Below are positions 40,501-52,937 of a stretch of DNA of 64,000 bases, in pieces (the stretch's first letter is position 1; each line of letters opens with the position of its first letter). A model generated the notes under the pieces. The model saw nothing but the letters and a program-made list of their open reading frames with translations, had not been told where the DNA came from and searched no databases. The stretch spans positions 168,206,001 to 168,270,000 of the forward strand of contig OZ024743.1 of NCBI GenBank assembly GCA_964016885.1. The letters run 5' to 3'. A program made the position numbers and the translations under genes. This stretch comes from Eledone cirrhosa. Lineage: Eukaryota.

Positions 40501-41463
40501 AGTGGGTTCTTTACTGATTCTGGTGTTGTATGGTCTGTCACTCACATTAAGGCTGTGTATCTCTTGAAACATATCGTCCAATATCACTTGTAAGGTGTCC
40601 ACAAGTTTTTGGTGTTCTGTTTGTACAGTAGAGTCATGAATTTCAGCCTCGTTGTTGATGTGGTGACAATTACTACTAGAGTTAGCTGACTATTCTCGCT
40701 GTTCTTCAGTGGAAGTGGGATGGATTTCAGCAAAATTGTTGGTGAGCTGTTCACTGTTAGATTTAGCTGGCCATTCTCTTTGTCTGTCAGTGGAGGTGGG
40801 TGGTTGTCTACAAGGGCTGTATTTGTAGTATCACTCAATTCCGTTAGATGTATCAATTTACATCTAATGATACGTTTTGCCTGTTCATTTTAATGCTTTG
40901 GAGAAACGTCTAATTCTGGGTGTTTGGAGTTCCATAAAGTTTTTAGCCTTTGCATAAAACCGAACTTTTGGGGTTCAGATTGTTTGTATGCTTCATATAA
41001 TTCTTTGTTAAGCTCGTAGCTCCACTGTATACAACGGTTATAGTTGCGATTTGGTCGAAGGAGACTTGTACGTTTTGCCATGATGAGTTCGTCTATTCAC
41101 TAATATTTTGTATTTATTTTTCAAAATAGTCGATAATCTTCTTTAAAAGTTTCGACAAAGTTCTGTCAGAATCAAATTTAAAGTTATTCACAGCTTGGGT
41201 AATATTTCTTTATAAATGTAATATAACAACGTTGCATTTATATGTTAAAGTGTATGTATCGTTCATATATCATAAGTGTATGTATCGTTCATATAAATAG
41301 GTGTTTTACAACACACTTACAGTTCAAACACTTATGTAGAATTATTGTATGTAATCTTACCGCGTAATGTAGCTCAACTTTTTCCAATATATGGTATGTT
41401 GCCTTCATGTAAGCCGTAATTACACACGTCCAATTATCGGACGCTGACCACAACGGTCGCCAT
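37589..41463 (-). mobile_element. R4/Dong-like LINE family C, near full length, degenerate, in (TACA)n
   Basis: ORF pieces 40890-41081 through 37668-38471: KSPGPD, NYRPIAC, AFDSVPH, GIFQGDSLS, FVDD, CRLC..HIVASC, EFSCP; (ATGT)n at both junctions. Confidence 0.92.
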
Positions 41464-41490
41464 TGTATGTATGTATGTATGTATGTATGT

Positions 41491-41926
41491 TCTTCTGGTT
41501 TTATAATTTCACAAAGTTTTACCAATAGAGAGAGAGTCGGTTTCTAACATAGACACAAGACTCTCTCATTGGAATTTACACAACATCAACTAGGTAGATA
41601 TGTATGTATGCATGCATGTGTAGATATGGATGTTATTGTATGTGTGGATGTGGATTTTTTGAGTTGTATGTGTGCATGTGTATATGCTTTGTATCTGTAC
41701 ATGTGTATATGCAGTTATTAGATGCAAAACTTTTGGAATGTTTTACATGTTTTTACTGTTCCATTAATGGATTGTACTTGTAGTTCCCTAACTAGTTGTG
41801 TTCTTTCTGTTCCTGTGAAGCCTAGCTTCTCAAGATTTGTATTGAGGCAGTTACTAACATATCCCAGTGCCCCAATAATCACAGGCATAAATCTGAAGGT
41901 GTAATCAGGGTGGAATATCTGCAGAT
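41491..41926 (-). mobile_element. R4/Dong-like family D 3' end
   Basis: Near-identical to 54343-54785; (ATGT)n on both sides. Confidence 0.9.
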
Positions 41927-41995
41927 GTGTATGTATGTATGTATGTATGTATGTATGTATGTATGTATGTATGTGTATGTATGTATGTGTGTGTA

Positions 41996-42032
<37 letters not shown>

Positions 42033-43348
42033 ATCTATACATACACTGTAACAAAACATTCCTTACAAGGACTGAACATAAAGCAATCTATTTCCTATTG
42101 ACACTGCCTCCGTCTCTCACTATATTCAGCAAATGGGGACTTCCTAAATATCAAATGAGTGACTATTTTTATAGTCTGTAAAAGCTTCAAGAGATTAAAA
42201 ATGTTAATGTCTCTACAAATGTACTCAAGACTCTCCCAGTTTCTTTAGAAAAAAAAAAAAAATAAACAATGAAATTGTAATTGTAGAGAGACAAATATAT
42301 TAATGTATATACAAAATAATATATGCTATATATTGAGGTATATTCAAAATAATATATGCTATATAAATGTGAATTGAATAAAGTATATATAGCTTTATTT
42401 AGGAAAACAGTAATGTTTTGATACTTTGGTGCATTTGCAAATTGTTACGTTGGCGAAACAATTATAGAAAAACTAAGCAGACAAGTTTTCAAACCTTGAA
42501 AAATTATAACAGTATATCTGTATATATCTAACAAATAGTTTGTGTGCGTGTGTGTGTTTAAAATTAATATATAAAAACGAATTAAGTGGGTAGTATTTTT
42601 TATATTTGTAAATTCAAATGTACATAATCACACACAGACACGCTTCACCACCGTGTATATATATTTAGTTAATAAATGAAACAAAACAAAACACAGCGGG
42701 TACAATTACACAGTCATATTAGATTCACGCTTGGATATATATATATATACGAAAATATAAATTGGATTAGTTAAATGATTGAAAGAATACAACTATTTGC
42801 GTGAACCCAGCACATGAAACACGAAGTATTGCCTTTTACTAATGTGCTTCATTTTCCTCCCCACCAATAGATTAGTAACCATTAATTGAAGAAATATATA
42901 AACTTTATTCATTAACATAAGAATTGGCCCTAGGCCAAAGTAAGAAATCAATACTAAGTCACGTCTAATCTTTATTTCTCATTATATACTATAAATTAAA
43001 TAAGATGCATTTTCTAGATAAGCAGGAGATACATGGTTCGATTCCTCAAAATTGATTAATTGCTATTTTTCTATTTCACATTGATATATATGTCAATGTT
43101 AAATAGAAAAAGTGCAATTAATCGATTTTAACGAATGGAAGATAAACGATGTTAAACGATAATGATGATGATGATATATATATATATATATATATATATA
43201 CAGTATTTTCCGTTGTGTTGTAATATAAATATTACACACAGTAGATTATCAGCTCACGTAGAGTTTGCTCGACGGTTCCAGTTGTAGTTCCAAAAGTAAT
43301 CCGGAGAAAAATAGAAAGATTTGAATGGATACAGTTTAGTTGAAAGGA

Positions 43349-43470
43349 ATTTATTGACACGTGTTTCTATAACAGTTACATAACCTAAAACAGCTATCTA
43401 CAAACTTTTAGTTATGCAGACATTCAATATTTCAATGTTATTATTTACTGTCATTTCATCAGAATAATAT
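43349..43470 (-). ncRNA. Hammerhead motif, long stem II (left arm)
   Basis: Mirror of 45724-45845. Confidence 0.75.
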
Positions 43471-44059
43471 TACTGAGGACCTATTTAGTTTTTATAGAGA
43501 ATATTAGGAGGGAGGGGTGAAGTTGTTAGAAGAATAGTTGAAGGAGTGGTTTTTCGATAGCAGTGAGAATTCTTGGTGGCAGTGAGTAATTAGATTCACA
43601 TCTGTTGTTTTGACATTTTTTATAGAATATATTATTGGTTATTTTTCTAAATCTATAGAAGGATTAGAGATAGTAAAGATATGCGTGGTTGGTTTTGTGT
43701 TTGCACTTAACATTCAGACTTAAATTTTTCTTTCAAGTGTACGTATTCTTTCACCAACGCATTCACACACAAATATATTTGCACACCTCTACAAAATACA
43801 TATACTCACAATTCACATATTCATACTTACATATATATACACATGCATACACATATATATACACACATGTATTCATGTACATACATACGCGCTCATGTGT
43901 ATACATTTTCATACTCAACTTATCTTTATATATACACACGTATAGACACACACATATATACATACATACTCTAGTCCATGTGTACACACATACACATACA
44001 TACACATCCATATACACATACATACATACACATATATATATACATATATATATATACAC

Positions 44060-44098
<39 letters not shown>

Positions 44099-44125
44099 CA
44101 TACATATACATATATACACATATAT

Positions 44126-44158
<33 letters not shown>

Positions 44159-44878
44159 AGCACTTTAATACATGAATACACTTACATCTAACTATACACA
44201 TCAAACATATATATATATTTACTTATTTATATACATTTTCACATATATATACATACTTATGGACGTTTTTAGACACATTCATTATCGCATATTTGTACCT
44301 ATTCTCATCAGCATATCTTTTCATTATTAGTATGGTAATTTAAGGTTATTAATATATGTTGAGAAGAGATTGTTTTTATATTTTTCTAACTAGATTAAGG
44401 TTTATATAGTTGGGGGATGTCCCTCTTTTATGTAATATTCTGCTTGTAGTGGGAAAAAAGGGTTTTAGTTCTGTGACGGCAGAATAATGTTCGTTCAATT
44501 CTGTTATTCAGCAGTTTCTTCTTGTGTGTGATTATGTAATCACACACAAGAAGAAACTGCTGAATAACAGAATTGAACGAACATTATTCTGCCGTCACAG
44601 AACTAAAACCCTTTTTTCCCACTACAAGCAGAATATTACATAAAAGAGGGACATCCCCCAACTATATAAACCTTAATCTAGTTAGAAAAATATAAAAACA
44701 ATCTCTTCTCAACATATATTAATAACCTTAAATTACCATACTAATAATGAAAAGATATGCTGATGAGAATAGGTACAAATATGCGATAATGAATGTGTCT
44801 AAAAACGTCCATAAGTATGTATATATATGTGAAAATGTATGAAATATAAGAATCAAAGAACTGTTCAAAACATTATTG

Positions 44879-44925
44879 TGCTTACAGCTGTTTCCTCCAA
44901 ACCGAGGTTTGGATTCTTCGGAGCA
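44879..44925 (-). ncRNA. Minimal hammerhead (CCGAAGA variant) inside a 106-bp insertion
   Basis: TGCT-CCGAAGA-ATCCAAAC(ctcg)GTTTGGAG-GAAA-CAGCTG-TA-AGCA on the minus strand. Confidence 0.8.
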
Positions 44926-45035
44926 ATTTATTAATGCATGGACAGTTATATGTGAAAATGTATATAAATAAGTAAATATATATATATGTTTGATGTGTAT
45001 AGTTAGATGTAAGTGTATTCATGTATTAAAGTGCT

Positions 45036-45072
<37 letters not shown>

Positions 45073-45097
45073 ATATGTGTATATATGTATATGTATG

Positions 45098-45134
<37 letters not shown>

Positions 45135-45723
45135 GTGTATATATATATATGTATATATATATGTGTATGTATGTATGTGTATATGGATGTGTATGTATGT
45201 GTATGTGTGTACACATGGACTAGAGTATGTATGTATATATGTGTGTGTCTATACGTGTGTATATATAAAGATAAGTTGAGTATGAAAATGTATACACATG
45301 AGCGCGTATGTATGTACATGAATACATGTGTGTATATATATGTGTATGCATGTGTATATATATGTAAGTATGAATATGTGAATTGTGAGTATATGTATTT
45401 TGTAGAGGTGTGCAAATATATTTGTGTGTGAATGCGTTGGTGAAAGAATACGTACACTTGAAAGAAAAATTTAAGTCTGAATGTTAAGTGCAAACACAAA
45501 ACCAACCACGCATATCTTTACTATCTCTAATCCTTCTATAGATTTAGAAAAATAACCAATAATATATTCTATAAAAAATGTCAAAACAACAGATGTGAAT
45601 CTAATTACTCACTGCCACCAAGAATTCTCACTGCTATCGAAAAACCACTCCTTCAACTATTCTTCTAACAACTTCACCCCTCCCTCCTAATATTCTCTAT
45701 AAAAACTAAATAGGTCCTCAGTA

Positions 45724-45845
45724 ATATTATTCTGATGAAATGACAGTAAATAATAACATTGAAATATTGAATGTCTGCATAACTAAAAGTTTGTAGATAG
45801 CTGTTTTAGGTTATGTAACTGTTATAGAAACACGTGTCAATAAAT
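45724..45845 (+). ncRNA. Hammerhead motif, long stem II (right arm)
   Basis: TTATT-CTGATGA-A-ATGACAGT..ACTGTTAT-A-GAAA-CACGTG-TC-AATAA. Confidence 0.78.
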
Positions 45846-45877
45846 TCCTTTCAACTAAACTGTATCCATTCAAATCT

Positions 45878-45932
<55 letters not shown>

Positions 45933-46039
45933 TATATATATACGTTTGCATGTATGTATGGACCCGTAACTCCCGAGGGAGGCATATGGGTGCAGCATTG
46001 ATATACAGCGTATCTATATAATTTTTAAGGGCGTTAAAC

Positions 46040-46630
46040 CAACAAGGATGACTTGACTAATACACCAACTTGTAGACTCATAAACCTTCCAAAACTGAAT
46101 TAGAACTTGTAATTAAGGTCATACTAAAAGCATTAACAAAACCTTTAGAAAAAGGTCGAACCATAATCAGGGGAATGATAGTCAAGTAATCATAGATTAG
46201 TTTAACGAACTCAAACATTCAAATAATGCTAGGTTTACACAAATTGATGTAGGTGACGTTCACCCTTCGATATGAAGGACCTTACCTACTATGGCTTTGG
46301 ATTTCACTAGCAATTTCACCAACATATACACGATTTAAACCGGCTAGTACTATTCCACTGTAGGAAAACCCCCCTCCTTAATAATGAGTACCTCTGTTTA
46401 AATAAATCCACTTGCAATGACCTATTCAATGTGGCGATAGGATCATTTCACAGTACTCATATATGCGATTTGGTGGGTGGTCTTTTTATCTTAGATACAC
46501 TACCTAAGAAATGTCCTGATGTATACCGTGATGATGGTCTGGCACTCTCTAGCCATAAAAGTGGCCATGACCTTGATACCTTTAGAAAAAATCTGATTAC
46601 CACATTAAACACCTAGGACTAAAAATTACT
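46040..46630 (+). mobile_element. Penelope-like RT fragment, degenerate
   Basis: CRLIN..KTEL, IGSFHSTHICDLVG.FIL, YRDDGL. Confidence 0.8.
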
Positions 46631-46888
46631 ATGTATATATATATATATAATTACTATGTACATATATATGTTTGCTCTCAGATTAGCGCAAACATCACGG
46701 GCGCTCTATCTTTGAAAAGCATTAGAAATGCGCAACCGGTAAAAACTTAAAACTAAAACTGAATACTAACCAATACTTATTACTAATTTTTACTTATTCC
46801 TAATTAAACTATTTTTCACTGGGAACAATTTGTCAGCATTTTCTTTTCCTTTTACCAATATATCACAACTCGTGTGTTACACCTCTAT

Positions 46889-47390
<502 letters not shown>

Positions 47391-47395
47391 ATACT

Positions 47396-47468
<73 letters not shown>

Positions 47469-47840
47469 GGAAGCAGAAAATTGCTTATTGTGATCCAGTT
47501 CGTGGTTAAGAAAGCCAGTTTCATGGACGGTTTCAACGTACGGTTAGGGGTAACGCCACAAGTTTGTAAGAATTCCGTTCAATCTTGGAGTATAAAGTAT
47601 AAAAGAGAAAACACAGGTAAGCATTAAGAGAAGGATTTTATCCAGGTATTTACGACCGTTTCATTGGTAAGTGCAACCTTATATTGCTATACTGCATATA
47701 GCAGCCACTCAACGATAATTATTGTTCACGTCCAAATTTTCAAAATAGTGCTTAATGCTTACCTCTTAATGCTTACCTGTGTTTTCTCTTTTATACTATA
47801 TATATATATTATACTCTGCTTTGTATTGAGTACCTTACCT

Positions 47841-47877
47841 ATTGTGGTTACCAGCGATTGAACCCGGGATAAACTTA

Positions 47878-47945
<68 letters not shown>

Positions 47946-47982
47946 TAAGTTTATCCCAGGTTCAATCGGTGGTAACCACAAT
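47841..47982. repeat. Inverted repeat (~42-bp arms) centred on (TA)n
   Basis: ATTGTGGTTACC..AAACTTATCTGA / TCAGATAAGTTT..GGTAACCACAAT. Confidence 0.85.
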
Positions 47983-48874
47983 ATATATACATCATTTTGT
48001 CGAATATAAATGTATAGGAAAGAGTATCTAAAAACTCAACATGAACAAATATGTGATGGGGTTAGAATTAGTAGGATGTTGGCCTAATCACTCTGTTATA
48101 GAATATACTATTTAGTGTCTGTATGTTCAGAGTTCAATCTGATAGAGAATATACTATTTATTGTCTGTATGTTACGAATTCAGGTTACCTGTACTATTGA
48201 ATAGACACACGTTCTAAAATGCATTTTATCGACAAATTTCCACGTATTTCCAAAGTATGGTCAGTGAAATTCATTCTTTGAGTCTTTCTTAATTATTTCC
48301 ATACCCACCTGCCTGAAAACGCCCTTTGTTTTGTGATAAACCAGTCATTTTGAAGCGTTCACTTCTAATTTAAAACCGTCCATAATAATTTTAAGAACTT
48401 TATTGTCAACGTCTTAACATGAGCTTAATAAAAAAAAAGGTTATTTTACCTTCCAAATTCTTACTTGTTTCGAAATTAATTGAAAGTATTCATAGTAATT
48501 CATGAGAAATATGGTCACGACTCTTGTCAGTAACCATTTTGATCACCACTAAAACTTTCGTTTCCGTGTTGTGAGACATATGTAACTTTGTCTGGCGGTG
48601 TGCTTTTTCAGACTGCTGAATACAGGAATATATAATCACCACAGAAGGGTGGATTAAGAAGGTAGGCTGACTTGGCTGTAACCAGGAGTCCACAATATTT
48701 AAAGGACCCTCAAGTGAATTCTTTTTTGTACCATAATTATTATATTATACCTATATGGAGTGCAAGATCGATGTCCCTTGTCAGTACAAAGAATTAGTGA
48801 ACGTATGTCTCACAAACTGTCTTCCACTTATCACCACCCTAGGGGTGCCTTCTTAACATATGTTTTGGATATTT

Positions 48875-49105
48875 TAAACCTGGCAGAGCGCATCCCTCTC
48901 CAGGTGGAAACAGCCGATTTCTTCTAGAGAGAGTGAGAGAGAGGGAGTAAAAAAGAAGTGAGAAAGTGATCTAGAGGAAGAATCGACAGTATTAATGGAT
49001 TGGTACTGTTTTTTTGTCGACCTCGAGAGGATGAAATACAAAGTTGGCCTTGGAGGGATTTGAACTCAGAATGAATACCGGAAAGCATTCTATCCGTCAC
49101 TGTAG
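48875..49105 (-). mobile_element. SINE S2 copy
   Basis: Aligns with 11355-11625. Confidence 0.6.
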
Positions 49106-49836
49106 AGAAAGACGGAAAATGACATCTCATTCTCCCCTTCTTCGACTGACGAATAAAAACAAATATTAGACAGTTAGCTTTCTAACCACGTCAATCCCAT
49201 CTGTTTAGGCATGTTGTCCAATGGATTAGGACGGCTATCACGTCACGTATCGTCCTACTAGACTTAACACAGAAAGGATTAGTGAAGTGTAGTAAAACAA
49301 CAACAATAGCAACTACAGCACATTGTTATTGGACCTCCGTTGGTTCCTGCGACAGATGAACAAGTTGTTTGACAAGCGGAAAATCTGCTCCTGAATTTAA
49401 TGAGCAATTGGCTGAGCATTTAACAGAGAATATGTGACACGGTTGGCTCCTTGAACATTTTTGCCGAATGAGTGAACTGGAGCCACATTCCTATAACAGC
49501 AGTAACACGTAAAACAATAATAATGAATGATTTTATTGGGAAATTTCAGAGAGGATTTCGATTATGAAGCAGTAACAACGTGCTCAACGTCACGGAGGTA
49601 GAACTTTAATATAGATAGAGTGTTGAGGAAGAAGAGTGTGAGATTTACTATGTGAAAGTGAAAAGGAGAGAGAGAAAGAAAAGAGAGGAACAGAGAGAAA
49701 GAGGGAGGGACGAGGGGGGAGTGAGAGAGAGAGTGGAGAGAGAAAGAGAACTATCATGGAGAAAGCTCATAAACTTTCAGCGTTCATGTATCAATCTGTA
49801 GCTTTCTCTTTCTTTCTTTCTCTCTCCTCTTTCTCT

Positions 49837-49924
<88 letters not shown>

Positions 49925-49971
49925 CTATCCATCTTTCTATATATATATGTATATCAAATAATGGTAGTTAA

Positions 49972-50227
49972 GACGGGATTAAATCACGATAATTGTTTAT
50001 TGCATTATACATATATTTCTATTACATGGTTATTCATGTGACTTCGCCGGATGCTTACGCAATCATTGGTGTAGTTATGCAATCATTGTGATATGCGGTG
50101 GCCATGCAAGTCCATCCAGTAGTGAAGTGGATCGGCATATGCGTAAGCATTTGACAAAGTCACACGAATAACCACGTAACAAAAATACATGTAATGCAAT
50201 AAACAATTATGGTGATTCAATCCCGTC
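49972..50227. mobile_element. MITE with ~90-bp imperfect TIRs and TTAA flanks (Kolobok-like termini)
   Basis: TTAA|GACGGGATT...AATCCCGTC|TTAA; TIR similarity extends to ATGCTTACGCA/TGCGTAAGCAT. Confidence 0.7.
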
Positions 50228-50279
<52 letters not shown>

Positions 50280-50284
<5 letters not shown>

Positions 50285-50593
50285 GTTTGTATATGTATAA
50301 TAAAGCCAAAACAATGCAGGTATGGACATAGAATAAAGAATGCAAATGCAAAAGATATTGTTGACAATTAGTCTTTTACCTTAGATTTATTTAAATGTCC
50401 TTAATTTTAGAGATAATACTGGATTAACAGCTTTACTTCCCTCTGAAGAAGAGATATTATCTCGAAAATTAAGGACATTTAAATAAATCGAAGGTAAAAG
50501 ACTAATTGTCAACAATATCTTTTGCATTTGCATTCTTTATTCTATGTCCATACCTGCATTGTTTTGGATTTATTATACATATACAAACGTTTA
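50280..50593. repeat. Fold-back element (~140-bp arms) with a hammerhead-like motif at 50438-50475 (+)
   Basis: Arms 50280-50418 and 50455-50593; CCT-CTGAAGA-A-GAGAT(att)ATCTC-GAAA-AT-TA-AGG. Confidence 0.75.
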
Positions 50594-50633
50594 CACCTCA
50601 TTACACAATGCTTCAAGTGAACTATAACCTCCT

Positions 50634-50678
<45 letters not shown>

Positions 50679-51336
50679 AGTGTGTGTATGTATTGTACAA
50701 GAATGTTGTTTATCTTAGTTTTTACGTATATATATATATATATATATATATGAATAGAGTTAGTCCTTCATCAGTGATCTTCCAACCTTCATTGGTATTT
50801 CATCGCTTTAAGGACCATATACCTCCGGTTGGTGCGAGCAACGGCTAAAGAAAGTCGTTGGGACACGTAAATAAGGGGAACAAGCGAGACTGTAAACAAT
50901 CAAAGATGGTAATGCAATGAAAAGTGAGGAAGAAAGAGTCAAGTCCCAGATTTTTATGAAGTTCGGTGAAATCGTGAACGAGAGAGAATAAAGACCATCA
51001 AACCTAGTCGAAATGTGAGCAAGAAGGAATTCCGCACAGGTCAAACGGGAGGAAGAAGAAGTCTAGTCACTGAATTCGGTGAACATAAGTTCTGTGAAAT
51101 CGTAGACAAGAGAGAAAAAAGGAACAATCAGCCTGGTCAAGCGTGCGCGAGAAGAGAAGTACGCACAGGTCAAACGGGAGGAAGTAGGAGAGGTAGTAGC
51201 AGAGAGTGAGTGAGTGAAGGGTGAGGAAGAGGTTAACAGAGAGAGTGACTGTTACAGAGGGTAAAGGGAGGTGAAAGATACAGAGAAAGAGGAAGCAGTA
51301 AGAACGAAATAGACGGGTCACAGCGGAGGAAAATAA

Positions 51337-51375
<39 letters not shown>

Positions 51376-51631
51376 CGGAAAAAATGAAACGAAATTTCAT
51401 TTCCTACTCTTAGTACGGCTGTTACTTAAATATATGTATACATATATGTATACAGACGTACAGTAGTATGTATATATATATACATACATGCACACATATA
51501 TATATATGTACGTATGGATTCACCAAACATTTATTATAATGCTCGGTGTGTTTGTTTGTAAACAAACATCCCGTATTAAGCCGTAGTGTCTAGCAACCAC
51601 CGTTGCTCGTTTGTTCAACACTGACAAAGGA

Positions 51632-51674
51632 ACGCTGTACTAGTTTCAAGCTTGTTAGCTATCGTCAGCAACGT
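51632..51674 (-). ncRNA. Minimal hammerhead, family J second copy
   Basis: ACGTTG-CTGACGA-TAGCT(aaca)AGCTT-GAAA-CTAG-TA-CAGCGT. Confidence 0.85.
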
Positions 51675-51822
51675 ATACCTTCCTGCCAGATAGTTGAACG
51701 TCCGAAAGTATATACTTTCCTTATGCATATTAACGGCTCTGTAGCCCAATTTGCATATCGAGTGGGTTAATTGGCCGGGTGCACCGAAAACGATAAAGAA
51801 TCTTGCTAAACAAATTCAGAAA

Positions 51823-51855
<33 letters not shown>

Positions 51856-52067
51856 AAGATCGGAATTAAGAGTATTCCGCAGTTCACTGTAATCATAATA
51901 ATAGTATTAGCTCAAAGAAGAATAGAGAATGTTCTTCTGAGCTCAAATGCAAAGATATTACACGAAGAGAAGTGTGTTACACAGTGAGATGTGTGTAAAG
52001 AATTATTACAAGTGAGTTTTACCGTTACTGTATAGAGAACAATATCTACAGGTTTAGCAATTAATTA

Positions 52068-52113
<46 letters not shown>

Positions 52114-52122
52114 GTATACATA

Positions 52123-52159
<37 letters not shown>

Positions 52160-52412
52160 GAATGAAGAATAACACGTATTAGCTATACAGTAGGGTTTAT
52201 TCCAAGTATTAACATGTTTAATTGGGTAGTATGTGGTTGGATGCATCTAAAAATCGCTATGTGCAAGGCTGTTGTGTCACTCGAACGCCACAACTATGGA
52301 AACATCTTGTTGAGCCAAGCAACGCCGCACGTTAAAATCCTCCACAGTTCAGATTACTCATAACCTCTACTTGGATTACCCTATACGATATCTCGTTTAC
52401 CCCCCCCCTCTC

Positions 52413-52483
<71 letters not shown>

Positions 52484-52937
52484 CTATCTATCTATCTAGC
52501 TAGCTAGCTATCTCTAATTATTCTCTGTTGGAGCCAGCAGTCAGCCAAGGTGGAATTTAACGGTAAATATACGAGGCAAACATTTATTAACATTCACTGA
52601 ATTTCAGCAAATATTTCCCTAAATCCCACTTTCGCACTTCTGTTTTTCACGTCAGCTGCACATCTTTTCAACATTGTAGGCTAGTGTATGCGTGCGTGTG
52701 TGCTTGTGTGTATATATATAGATCTGATATGTGTGTTTATGTATGTGTGCATGTGTGTATATGTGTATGTGTGTACGAAGTGATGTGTAAATTAACATGT
52801 ATCTATCTTTCTATCTATCTGGTTCCTTTTCTACGTATATGTCTGTCTGTCATAATATCTATCCGTCTATCGATCTATCTATCTTTCTATCTGTCTGTAT
52901 ATCTATGTATTTATCTACCTACACAACCACCTACCTA

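Larger units (their letters stand above)
43311..45883. mobile_element. 2.6-kb palindrome: head-to-head duplicated 3' end of a Penelope-like element
   Basis: Centre CTTGTGTGTGATTA-tg-TAATCACACACAAG (44535/6). Each arm starts with ITHKKKLLNNRIERTLFCRHRTKTLFSHYK*, resembling a PLE C-terminus, and ends in a hammerhead. Confidence 0.88.

Noticed and set aside
41380-41463. HDV-like ribozyme at the 5' end of LINE family C (and D at ~57740-57820)
   Set aside because: Two small hairpins are visible, but the nested double pseudoknot could not be built by eye.
43311-45883. Palindrome as a pure sequencing fold-back artefact
   Set aside because: The arms differ by a TSD-flanked insertion and by microsatellite lengths; read-level confirmation is still needed.
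48490-48700. Possible host exon or Tc1/mariner transposase remnant
   Set aside because: Only a faint resemblance to a WP..SPDLNP region; no TIRs or splice support.
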